Shown one piece after another: positions 17,737 to 26,559 of a stretch of 42,352 bases of DNA. Made by a program: the position numbers and the translations under genes. This DNA is from Candidatus Magasanikbacteria bacterium RIFCSPHIGHO2_01_FULL_33_34 (GTDB lineage Bacteria; Patescibacteriota; Patescibacteriia; Magasanikbacterales; UBA922). Below the pieces are notes generated by a model. The model was not told where the DNA came from. It did no database searches and saw nothing but the letters and a program-made list of their open reading frames with translations. The first letter of the stretch is position 1, and each line of letters starts with the position of its first letter. Location: assembly GCA_001782825.1 (NCBI GenBank), contig MFPS01000003.1:1-42352 (forward strand), read 5' to 3'.

Positions 17737-19500
17737 CTATATTTTTCTTAAATCTTTAATTGTTAATTGAATTTCTTTATTTCCATTCCATTCATTTATA
17801 TCCATTTCAAAAATCATATCTATTTTGTCGCCAATTTTCAAAGTTTCACACCAATTGGTTTCATTGCCATTACACAAGCTCCAGCCGATAGTTTTTTGTA
17901 TTTTTTGGGTTTTGTCAGTTACCATTATTTTGATATGTTTGTCGTCTTTACCGATTGGCATGACTGATTGTACGGTTAGATTGGTGGCTAGATATTTTGG
18001 TTTGGTATTCACTTGGCCAAATGGCTCAAATTTACTTAACATATTGTACAGATCCCAATTGATATCTTCTAGATTGATTTCTGCATCAATTTTTTGAGTT
18101 GGTACCATATCAAAGTCTTTAGTTTTTTCTTTGAATTTTTCTATCATCTCTTTTTTGAAATCTTCAACCAAATCTTTATTTTTCAAAGTAAAACCACAAG
18201 CCATTGGGTGCCCACCAAATTTAAAAAAATAGTCTGGCATTTCTTGCATAGCGCCGATTAGACTAAAATTTTCTACACTTCTGCCTGAGCCAGTTATTTC
18301 ACCATTGTTTTCGGCCATTACTATACTAGGTTTTTTGTATTTTTCTTTTAGCCTGCCAGAAATAAGTCCGACTATGCCAGTAGACCAGCCAATACCCAAT
18401 ACAAAAAGTATTGGATTGTCTAATTGACTAGTCTCTACTTGTTTGAGAGCTTTTTGGAGTAAATCTTCGGTTAATTTTTGTCTGTCGCTGTTGTTGATAT
18501 TGAGTTCACACGCTAGTTCATTGGCATCCAATTCATTTTTTGTAGCAAATAGTTTGTAAGCGACATTGGCATGATTCATACGACCAGCCGCATTAATTCG
18601 TGGAGCGATTTGGAAACCGATTGTATCTGCGGTGATTTCTTTTATTAATTTTCCGTTATTGTCCAACAAACCTGCTTCAGATAACAATTTTTTCATACCA
18701 ATTCTTTTGGCAATATTCAAAACAATCAGTCCATATGTGGTCAAGGTGCGTGATTCTCCGATAAGTGGTACCATATCGGCAACACTGGCAACTGCCACCA
18801 TATCTAGTTGCCATTTTTCAAAGGCTTCATGAGTTTGTCCATTTGGGAGGAGATCGTGGTCTTTTTTGTGAGTTTGTAAAATTCCTTGCATTAATTTGAA
18901 GGCTACTGCTCCGCCAGCTAGATTTTTGTCTGGATATTTTTCTGTTTCAATTTTTGGGTGAATAATAGCGAAGGCATTTGGCAGTTTTTTGGGTATAGAG
19001 TGGTGATCGGTTATTATCACTTCCATACCCAATTGGTTGGCAAGGTCAACTTCTTCTGCATTACTAATACCACAATCGCATGAAATTATTAAGTTTGTTC
19101 CAGTCTCATGCAACATTTTTATTGTATTTTTGTTGAGCCCATACCCATCAGTTTCTCTATGAGGTAGAAATACATCATAGTTTTTGAAATTGAGTACTTC
19201 AAACAGATCAGTCAAAATTACTGATGCCGATACACCATCAGCATCATAGTCGCCATGAACTGTGATTTTTTCATTATTTTTGATGGCCAGCAATACTCGG
19301 TTTACTGCTTTTTTCATATCTGTGAAAATAAATGGATCATGAATATCTTTGGCATAATCTGGGTTCATGAATTCATCAATTTCTTTTTCAGTTCTAAAAT
19401 TGCGGTTATATAACAAATTTGCCACAATCGGTGGCAATTGTGGAAATTTGTTTAAAAATGATTTTGGAGCTGGATTTTCTATTACCCATTTGAATTCCAT
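17737..19500 (-). CDS. recJ: Single-stranded-DNA-specific exonuclease RecJ
   Basis: DHH family motifs (HGDYDADGVSA, DCGISN, ITDHH) and a DHHA1 region (GGHPMACG). Confidence 0.92.
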   Translation of the reverse strand: MEFKWVIENPAPKSFLNKFPQLPPIVANLLYNRNFRTEKEIDEFMNPDYAKDIHDPFIFTDMKKAVNRVLLAIKNNEKITVHGDYDADGVSASVILTDLFEVLNFKNYDVFLPHRETDGYGLNKNTIKMLHETGTNLIISCDCGISNAEEVDLANQLGMEVIITDHHSIPKKLPNAFAIIHPKIETEKYPDKNLAGGAVAFKLMQGILQTHKKDHDLLPNGQTHEAFEKWQLDMVAVASVADMVPLIGESRTLTTYGLIVLNIAKRIGMKKLLSEAGLLDNNGKLIKEITADTIGFQIAPRINAAGRMNHANVAYKLFATKNELDANELACELNINNSDRQKLTEDLLQKALKQVETSQLDNPILFVLGIGWSTGIVGLISGRLKEKYKKPSIVMAENNGEITGSGRSVENFSLIGAMQEMPDYFFKFGGHPMACGFTLKNKDLVEDFKKEMIEKFKEKTKDFDMVPTQKIDAEINLEDINWDLYNMLSKFEPFGQVNTKPKYLATNLTVQSVMPIGKDDKHIKIMVTDKTQKIQKTIGWSLCNGNETNWCETLKIGDKIDMIFEMDINEWNGNKEIQLTIKDLRKI

Positions 19501-19517
19501 ATAAGTAAAGGTGTGTT

Positions 19518-19934
19518 TTATTTATTAAATAATCGTATTTTTTTGAAATCCCAATATGAATCAGCTAAAAATAGGCTGAGTACCAAAAAAGATAAATCAA
19601 GAGACTTGAGATGGTTTAATGTGCTTGGTTGTATTTGAATAAATAAAATACTTAGTCCAAATAATATCCAATATATAATATTCCGTTTGTGCGGATTAAT
19701 CTTTTCAGCGTCATTTATTTTGTTGCGGGTATACAAGGAATATATGGTGTAGAAAGTTATAAATGGCCAAAAAAAGTACCATTGGTATTCTATTTTGCTG
19801 AGATTAAATTCATCAAGTATCAGATAGTAGGGCAAGAACAAGAAAATACCAACTGCATACAAAAAAATTATTTCTAGTTGGTATTTGTGATAGGCGCTTA
19901 GTTCATGATGTTTTTTGAATTTCATCATAGTCAT
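19518..19934 (-). CDS. Hypothetical polytopic membrane protein
   Basis: 138-aa ORF with 4 predicted hydrophobic helices. Sits 18 nt downstream of recJ... in the same orientation upstream of recJ start. Confidence 0.5.
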   Translation of the reverse strand: MTMMKFKKHHELSAYHKYQLEIIFLYAVGIFLFLPYYLILDEFNLSKIEYQWYFFWPFITFYTIYSLYTRNKINDAEKINPHKRNIIYWILFGLSILFIQIQPSTLNHLKSLDLSFLVLSLFLADSYWDFKKIRLFNK

Positions 19935-19937
19935 TGT

Positions 19938-20036
19938 TTAGTAGAACGCTGGTAAGACTGTAAAAAATACCATAGCAATAACAGATATAATACTAATCAC
20001 TGTCCATAGTTTTTTGAATTTTTTACTTCGTGACAT
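19938..20036 (-). CDS. Possible 32-aa single-TM micro-protein (not in the supplied ORF track)
   Basis: Minus-strand ATG at 20036 reads MSRSKKFKKLWTVISIISVIAMVFFTVLPAFY*. The stop lies 3 nt before the start of the next CDS. Confidence 0.3.
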   Translation of the reverse strand: MSRSKKFKKLWTVISIISVIAMVFFTVLPAFY

Positions 20037-20100
20037 ATTTAATAATGTTAATATATTTATAAGTTATAATGGTTTTTTTATATTTTCAATAATGAACATA

Positions 20101-20196
20101 TTAATTCCAATTATTTGTTTTTACTCATTCTCGCTTCGGCTCCGAGGGTGATGCCTGTTGGGGCATCAAATCCGTAAAAACAAATAAACAAATTAA
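20101..20196 (+). repeat. Interspersed structured element, copy 3 (short form)
   Basis: Outer stem 20101-20124 / 20174-20196 (14 bp + internal loop + 6 bp). Core is ctcattctcgcttcggctccgagg + hairpin TGATGCC-tgttgg-GGCATCA + aatccg. Flanks out to about 20232 are homologous to copy 5. Confidence 0.9.
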
Positions 20197-20232
20197 TACT
20201 TAATTATAAATAATATTATTAATTCTTACAAT

Positions 20233-22020
20233 TTATCTTTTCAAAACTGCCAAATAAGCTTCGGTTGGGATATCTACTTTGCCTTTGCCGTGGGCCATCA
20301 TTTTTTTCTTGCCCTTCTTTTGTTTTTCAAGTACTTTGCGTTTGCGAGTAACGTCGCCTCCATACAATCCTGCAGTTACATCTTTTCGCATAGCTGACAA
20401 TCTTTCGCCGGCAATTACTTTGCCACCAATTGCAGCTTGGATTTTGATTACGAATTGTTGTTTTGGTAGCGTGTCTTTGAGTGAATTGACGATTTGTTTG
20501 CCTATTTTGAAGGCGTCTTCTCTCCAGACCAATGTTGCGAGTGCTTCCACTGGCTCTTCGGCAATCAAAATATCAAGTTTGACTATATCTGTAGTTTCGT
20601 AATTTTTGAATTCATAACTCAAAGATGCATAACCACTGGTTACAGTTTTAAGTTTATCATAAAAATCAGTAATAAGCGAAGACAAGGGCATCTCGTAATG
20701 GAGTAGGGCACGCTGTTCTGTACCACTGCTTAAATATTCTGTATTTTTGTATCTGCCTTTTCTCTCAGCAATCAAACCCATAACATTACCAATATATGCT
20801 TGAGGAGTAATAATATCTACATTCATCCAAGGTTCTTCAACTTTGAGAATATTTTGGACTTCTGGCAAGTCTTGAGGGCTTTTTACTATAATAGTATCGC
20901 CTTTGGTTTTGAAAACATTGTAAGCTACACTAGGAACTGTAGCAATAATTTCTAAATCAAATTCACGACGTAAGCGTTCTTGAAAGATATCCAGATGCAA
21001 CATACCCAAAAAACCGCAACGGAAACCAAACCCTAGCGCTTGGGAATGTTCTGGTTCGTAAGTGAGTGATGAATCACTGAGTTTCAGTCTATCAACTGCA
21101 TCTCGTAGAGAATTATATTCGTCGCCTTCTTTGGGGAAAATACCGGCGAAAACCATTGGCTTTACTTCTTTGTAGCCTTCAAGTGGTTCTTTTGCGGGAG
21201 AGTTTGCAATGGTAATAGTGTCACCAACTTTTACATTACCCAATTCTTTGAGACCAGTAACAATATACCCAATTTGTCCATTGTCTAAATTGTTGTCGGC
21301 TACAAGAGTTGGTGAGTAATGGCCAATTTCTAAAACTTCAGCATCAGCCAATGTTCTCATAAATTTTATTTTTTGTTTTTTTTCAATTTGGCCATCAATT
21401 ATTCTGACTGAGGCTACTACTCCACGATAATCATCATAAAAAGAGTCAAAAACAAGGGCGCGAGCTGGTTTATTCGCATTGTCAGTTGGTGGGGGAACAC
21501 GTTTGATTACTTCCTTTAGAAGATTTTCAACACCTTCTCCAGTTTTGCCAGAACAGGTGAGTATTTCTTCGCGTTTGCAACCAGTCAATTTTATTATTTC
21601 TTCACTGGTTTTTTCTATATCAGCATTTGGCAAATCTATTTTGTTGAGCACAGGTATGATTGTGAGGTCTTGTTCTATAGCAAGGTAAAGGTTGCCAATA
21701 GTTTGTGCTTGAACGCCTTGGGTGGCATCAACCAAAAGGATTGCTCCTTCAACGGCTGCTAGAGATCTGGATACTTCATAAGTAAAGTCAACATGTCCTG
21801 GAGTATCTATCAAATTTAGAATATTGTCTTTGTATAGCATGCGGACAGGTTGCAATTTTATGGTGATGCCACGTTCTTGTTCCAATTCCATTTGGTCTAA
21901 CATTTGATCATGCATTTTTCGTCCCTCTACTGTATTGGTCAATTCTAAAAAACGGTCAGCCAATGTAGACTTACCATGATCAATGTGGGCAATTATACAA
22001 AAATTTCTAATATTGCTCAT
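20233..22020 (-). CDS. lepA: Translation elongation factor 4 (LepA)
   Basis: NFCIIAHIDHGKST, DTPGHVDF and NKID GTPase motifs plus the LepA C-terminal domain. I place the start at MSNIRNF (22020) because a promoter occupies 22040-22068, inside the longer ORF call. Confidence 0.95.
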   Translation of the reverse strand: MSNIRNFCIIAHIDHGKSTLADRFLELTNTVEGRKMHDQMLDQMELEQERGITIKLQPVRMLYKDNILNLIDTPGHVDFTYEVSRSLAAVEGAILLVDATQGVQAQTIGNLYLAIEQDLTIIPVLNKIDLPNADIEKTSEEIIKLTGCKREEILTCSGKTGEGVENLLKEVIKRVPPPTDNANKPARALVFDSFYDDYRGVVASVRIIDGQIEKKQKIKFMRTLADAEVLEIGHYSPTLVADNNLDNGQIGYIVTGLKELGNVKVGDTITIANSPAKEPLEGYKEVKPMVFAGIFPKEGDEYNSLRDAVDRLKLSDSSLTYEPEHSQALGFGFRCGFLGMLHLDIFQERLRREFDLEIIATVPSVAYNVFKTKGDTIIVKSPQDLPEVQNILKVEEPWMNVDIITPQAYIGNVMGLIAERKGRYKNTEYLSSGTEQRALLHYEMPLSSLITDFYDKLKTVTSGYASLSYEFKNYETTDIVKLDILIAEEPVEALATLVWREDAFKIGKQIVNSLKDTLPKQQFVIKIQAAIGGKVIAGERLSAMRKDVTAGLYGGDVTRKRKVLEKQKKGKKKMMAHGKGKVDIPTEAYLAVLKR

Positions 22021-22039
22021 ATGCTTGTAAATTAAGCCT

Positions 22040-22068
22040 ATTTTATCACAAAAAATGCTCATTGACAA
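22040..22068 (-). promoter_or_regulatory. lepA promoter on the minus strand (TTGTCA-N17-TGATAAAAT, extended -10)
   Basis: Reverse complement gives TTGTCA (22068-22063), a 17-nt spacer, TGA then TAAAAT (22045-22040). Confidence 0.55.
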
Positions 22069-22141
22069 GGGTCGGTATAATTATTATTGGTATACTAAAT
22101 AAAATTTATATTAGACTATATTTATATTATATTTTTTATTT

Positions 22142-23755
22142 TTATATTTCATCGGCTTCAGTAATTTCACCGCGAGTTACATTGCCAAGTTTGATGAATT
22201 TGTGCTTTAGACTAGCTTGAAATTGGTTCATTTCTTCAAGATTGAGCAGTTTACAAATAATACTATATATAATAAGTCCAGATATTCCAGCCACCATCCC
22301 TTGAGTCATAATGCCCCAAAGTTTTGTCATATCGACCATATATGCTAAAGGAGTTTTTATAAGTTGAATAAATATTGCCATAATAATTGCTGCTACAGAA
22401 ATTTTGTTTAGTGAATAAAGCATATTTGATTCATTAAAAGAACCAATTTTTTGTCGTAATAAAAACCAAAGGAAGGCTACTTGGACAGTCATAGAAAAAG
22501 AAAAAGCCAGGGCGAGTCCACTGATACCTAATTTTTCTTTTAAATATATTCCAAAAATTATATTGATAAGAGAGCTTATGATACCAATCAAAAATGGTGT
22601 CCAAGTATCTTTGAGAGCAAAAAATGCACGAATAAAAAGCGGTATAAGAGATTGAGCTGCGAGAGATAATGTAAAGAAAGCAAGAGTGTTGGATGTAATA
22701 ATTGTGTCAGACCAAGTGAAATTGCCACTGCCAAGTAGTACTCTCACTATTTGAGCGCGTAAGAGTAAAAAAATAATAGTGAGTGGGATAATAAAAAATA
22801 TTATTTGTCTGATGGTATGCGTGAGGTTTTCGATGAGTTTGTCTATTTTGTTTTGACCAGCAAGTTCTGATAAAGTTGGAAAAGCAGCAATAGCAAATGA
22901 AATGCCAATAATTCCAATTGGAAAATGTTGTATATTATTGGCAAGATTGAATATGGCTACACTGCCAGTGCCAATAGTTGAAGCCAAAATTGTAATAGCA
23001 ACTAGGTTTAATTGGGTAGTAGCAAGCCCGAGTGTTCTGGGTAACATTGTACCGATGATCTCTCTGAGGTTTTTATTTTGAAAAGGCAATACGAATTCAT
23101 ACTTGAAACCATATTTAAAAAAAGATGGTAGTTGTATTACAAGGTGTAGTAAAGCGCCAATGACTACACCATAGGCTAATCCTTTGAGTCCATAATGTGG
23201 CACGAGATAGATGGCGCCAATAATAATACCAAAATTATACAAGATTGGTGTCAAAGCATAAATTAAAAAACATTTGAAGGATTGTAGTACTCCACTGACA
23301 ATACTACTAAGTCCAAGTATGAGTGGACTCAAAAACATAATTCTTGTGAGCATAATAGTATTTGCAAGTTGTGCGTCAGTAAAACCTGGTACTAGTATAG
23401 ATATGATTTGTGGGGCAAAATAATATAGGATCAAAGTTAAGGCAATTATAATAATACCAAGAAGATTTATAATACCATTGGTTATAAGCCAAGCTTCTTT
23501 TTTATTTTTTGATAATAATTTTGTAAATACTGGAATAAAACCGGCTGATATAGCCCCAACAATTACTAAGTTGTATACCAGATCAGGAATTCTGAAGGCG
23601 GCATAATATACATCTAGTTCAGCCCCAGCGCCAAACATATGTGCAAAAATCCTATCTCTGATTATGCCAATTAAACGGCTAATAAAAGACGCCGCACCAA
23701 GTATAATGGCGGCGCCGGTAATAGTTTTGGTTTGATTTGAAAAAAAATTAATCAC
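22142..23755 (-). CDS. murJ: Lipid II flippase MurJ (MviN family)
   Basis: ITGAAIILGAASFISRLIGIIRDRIFAHMFGAG is the typical MurJ N-terminus, with about 14 TM helices. The ORF track starts at 23827. An in-frame GTG at 23755 overlaps the corA stop as GTGA and is the more likely start. Confidence 0.85.
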   Translation of the reverse strand: MINFFSNQTKTITGAAIILGAASFISRLIGIIRDRIFAHMFGAGAELDVYYAAFRIPDLVYNLVIVGAISAGFIPVFTKLLSKNKKEAWLITNGIINLLGIIIIALTLILYYFAPQIISILVPGFTDAQLANTIMLTRIMFLSPLILGLSSIVSGVLQSFKCFLIYALTPILYNFGIIIGAIYLVPHYGLKGLAYGVVIGALLHLVIQLPSFFKYGFKYEFVLPFQNKNLREIIGTMLPRTLGLATTQLNLVAITILASTIGTGSVAIFNLANNIQHFPIGIIGISFAIAAFPTLSELAGQNKIDKLIENLTHTIRQIIFFIIPLTIIFLLLRAQIVRVLLGSGNFTWSDTIITSNTLAFFTLSLAAQSLIPLFIRAFFALKDTWTPFLIGIISSLINIIFGIYLKEKLGISGLALAFSFSMTVQVAFLWFLLRQKIGSFNESNMLYSLNKISVAAIIMAIFIQLIKTPLAYMVDMTKLWGIMTQGMVAGISGLIIYSIICKLLNLEEMNQFQASLKHKFIKLGNVTRGEITEADEI

Positions 23756-24669
23756 AATAGTTTCTTTCTTTTCATTATGTATATCATGAATATTATTAAG
23801 GTTGCAAGACCAATAAACATTACCCATACCCAGAAAGGATTATGGGCATAAGGTAAACCTGATATATTCATACCATATATACCAGATAGTAGTGTAAGTG
23901 GTAATAGAGATACAGAAATTACAGTGAGAGCGCTGATGACTTTGTTTGTTCTTTGGTTGATAAGAGACTCTACTGTAATATGGAGTCCGTCTATAGTCTC
24001 TTTGTATGTTTCAATGATAGCCCATATTTTATTCAAGTAGTCATTGATATCATCAAAGTATAGACTCAAACTTTCATCTAAAAATGGTTTACGTATATTA
24101 GCTAAATTTGATATTAAATAACGTTGTGGATCTAGGATCCTTCGGAAATGTAGTACATTTCTTCTATATATTGCTAATTCTTTGATTACATTAGTATCTT
24201 GTTCTCCTTTGTAGACTTTTTGTTCTACTGTGGATACTTGTTTTCCAAGATTATTAAGGATAGGCCCGATATTTTGTAATAAGGCTTCTATTAATCTATA
24301 TAGTAAAAAACCAGAATTACTCATCCAATCTGCTTTTACTTTGCGATTGTTCATACATCTATAAAAGAAGTTTTTTAATTCTTTGGAAGGAGTGTGTTGG
24401 ATAGTGATAATAAAATTAGCTCCAATAAAAACATCTACTCCATGTGATGTAATATTTTGTTCATCGGTTTTCCAATGGGGAAATTTGAGTACAACAAATA
24501 AATAATCTTTGTAAGCGTCAATTTTTGGCATTTGTTGCTCTGAAATAAGATCTTCGTAGTCAAGATGATGAAATTTATAATTCTTTTTTAAAAATTCAAG
24601 AGCTTCTTCGTCAATTTTGTCAATATTTACCCAAGTGAGATTATTTTGAGTTAGTGTTTTTATAGACAT
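23752..24669 (-). CDS. corA: Magnesium/cobalt transporter CorA
   Basis: YGMN signature (SGIYGMNISGLP) before the last TM helix. The likely start is MSIKTLTQ at 24669, and the 33 extra N-terminal codons in the track look like AT-rich read-through. Confidence 0.88.
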   Translation of the reverse strand: MSIKTLTQNNLTWVNIDKIDEEALEFLKKNYKFHHLDYEDLISEQQMPKIDAYKDYLFVVLKFPHWKTDEQNITSHGVDVFIGANFIITIQHTPSKELKNFFYRCMNNRKVKADWMSNSGFLLYRLIEALLQNIGPILNNLGKQVSTVEQKVYKGEQDTNVIKELAIYRRNVLHFRRILDPQRYLISNLANIRKPFLDESLSLYFDDINDYLNKIWAIIETYKETIDGLHITVESLINQRTNKVISALTVISVSLLPLTLLSGIYGMNISGLPYAHNPFWVWVMFIGLATLIIFMIYIMKRKKLL

Positions 24670-24836
24670 AGAGTGGAAGTTTGTATAATAAAGTCTATTT
24701 ATTAAATGTATAATTAAATTATTATAAACTAAAATAATTATAACATATAAAATACAGTATGTATACAAAACAACAAGTTATTTGAGATTGATTTAAAAAA
24801 ATGTTAGTATATCTATGTTAAAATTAATGAATTTTT

Positions 24837-26177
24837 ATGAAGATATCATTTTATGGCGCCGCCGAAGAAGTAACTGGTTCTTGTTTTTTGTTAGAGACAA
24901 AATCAAGAAAAATATTAGTTGATTGCGGGATGTTTCAAGGATCAGATTTTAATGAAGCAAAAAATAGTGATGACTTTTTGTTTGATCCAAAAAGTTTGGA
25001 TGCAGTTTTGGTAACGCATGCGCATTTGGATCATATTGGTAGGATCCCAAAATTGGTACAAGAGGGGTACAATGGGCCTATCTATATGACAAAAGCTACG
25101 GTAGAACTAGCTTTGCTTATCTGGGAGGACGCATATAAGATTATGGAATATAACAATAAGAAATTTCAAGCACCAATTTTGTATTCTGAGGAAGATATAA
25201 ATAAAGCACATAAGTTATGTAAAGGCGTAAATTATTATGAAAAAGTTGATATAGGTGATGTAAAAGCATTGTGGAAGGATGCTGGGCATATATTTGGTGC
25301 ATCTTTTATTGAAGTTGAAGCTGATGGTAAAATGATTGTTTTTTCAGGTGATATTGGGAATAATAATGTGCCAATATTACGGGAAACTGATCAGATTGGT
25401 AAGGCGGATGTTTTGTTGTGTGAATCAACTTATGGTGGCAGAGATCACGAAACTCACAAGGAAAGTGTAGAATTGGTTATGAAATTAATCAAAGAAGGTT
25501 ATGATAGAGGTGGAGTTATTATGATACCAGCTTTTTCTTTGGAAAGAACACAAGAGTTTCTTTATGATTTGAGTCAAAGAGAAGATGAATTGCCAAATTT
25601 ACCAATTTTTTTGGATAGCCCACTAGCAATAAAGGCTTTGCCAGTTTATAGAAAATATTCAGAATATTATGATAGAGAAGCTAAAGTTATATCTGAGGCT
25701 GGTGGAGATTTCTTTTTGTTTGATAAATTGGAAATAACTAGTACCCCAGATCAATCAAAAAAAATAAATGACGCGCCGATGCCAAAAATGATAATTGCTG
25801 GTTCTGGTATGATGAATGGTGGTCGTATATTGCATCATGCTTTTAGATATTTGTCAGATCCAAATTCAACGCTCATTATAATTGGGTATCAAGCAGAAGG
25901 AACTTTAGGAAGAAAATTATATGAAGGTGAAAAGAAAGTAAAAATATTTAACAAGGAAGTAGAAGTAAAGTGTGCCATAAAAGCCATTGGTGGTTTGTCA
26001 GCTCATGGAGATCGTAGTAAGATGTTGAGTTGGGTGAGAGGTGCACAAAAAATACCAGAAAAAGTTTTTTGTGTTCATGGAGAAAAAAGTTCAGCCGTAT
26101 CTTTGGCGCATGCAATGCAAGATGAATTTGGAATAGATACTATAATACCCAAGTTTGCTGAAACTGTGGAAATATAG
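24837..26177 (+). CDS. Metallo-beta-lactamase fold beta-CASP ribonuclease (CPSF/RNase J-like)
   Basis: HAHLDHIGRIP (HxHxDH motif), ESTYGG, beta-CASP motifs, and the C-terminal HGE/SAHGD pattern. Confidence 0.8.
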   Translation: MKISFYGAAEEVTGSCFLLETKSRKILVDCGMFQGSDFNEAKNSDDFLFDPKSLDAVLVTHAHLDHIGRIPKLVQEGYNGPIYMTKATVELALLIWEDAYKIMEYNNKKFQAPILYSEEDINKAHKLCKGVNYYEKVDIGDVKALWKDAGHIFGASFIEVEADGKMIVFSGDIGNNNVPILRETDQIGKADVLLCESTYGGRDHETHKESVELVMKLIKEGYDRGGVIMIPAFSLERTQEFLYDLSQREDELPNLPIFLDSPLAIKALPVYRKYSEYYDREAKVISEAGGDFFLFDKLEITSTPDQSKKINDAPMPKMIIAGSGMMNGGRILHHAFRYLSDPNSTLIIIGYQAEGTLGRKLYEGEKKVKIFNKEVEVKCAIKAIGGLSAHGDRSKMLSWVRGAQKIPEKVFCVHGEKSSAVSLAHAMQDEFGIDTIIPKFAETVEI

Positions 26178-26214
26178 TTTTTATTTTTGTAAATAAAAAA
26201 AGTATATTAAAAAT

Positions 26215-26335
26215 ATGGGAGAGGGGTGAACCAAACCTAAAACCGCATACGCTGTGTTATGCACCATGAGTCGTAGTGTAGCGGATGCGAGAAGTGCAGC
26301 GTGGCGCGACTAAAAGGAGCGAGTTCAAAAAATAT
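26215..26335. other. Unassigned block of moderately high G+C, not coding (candidate small RNA or island edge)
   Basis: gggagaggggtgaacc...gtggcgcgactaaaaggagcgagttc stands out from AT-rich flanks. Only ORFs of 15 codons or fewer. No match to any RNA family I can recognise. Confidence 0.3.
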
Positions 26336-26524
26336 TTTTCAATTAACTGTATTTTGGTAGGCTTTTTCTCAATTATATCAATAAATTTGTTTTTTATCTG
26401 GGATGGGGATTAAGGGATGAATACACACCACCCAAAACATCTTATTTTAAGGTAAACAACAGGAATTTTGGTTAAAAAATGGCTTATTTTAGTAAAATTA
26501 ATCCCTGTTTTTTTGGGCTTGGTA

Positions 26525-26553
26525 TTGACAAGAGTCTTTTTTTATGCTATATT
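26525..26553 (+). promoter_or_regulatory. Consensus sigma70 promoter of the GC-rich cassette (TTGACA-N17-TATATT)
   Basis: TTGACA at 26525-26530, a 17-nt spacer, TATATT at 26548-26553. Same hexamers and spacing as the hrcA promoter. Confidence 0.7.
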
Positions 26554-26559
26554 ACTATG

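Noticed and set aside
22063-22082. TTGACA and TATAAT hexamers on the + strand between lepA and murJ.
   Set aside because: The spacer is only 8 nt and no + strand gene follows. The functional promoter here is on the minus strand, for lepA.
26179-26200. AT-only palindrome TTTTTATTT-ttgt-AAATAAAAA after the beta-CASP gene, considered as a terminator.
   Set aside because: It consists purely of A-T pairs in an AT-rich genome. It is too weak and too likely by chance to annotate, though it may still help termination.
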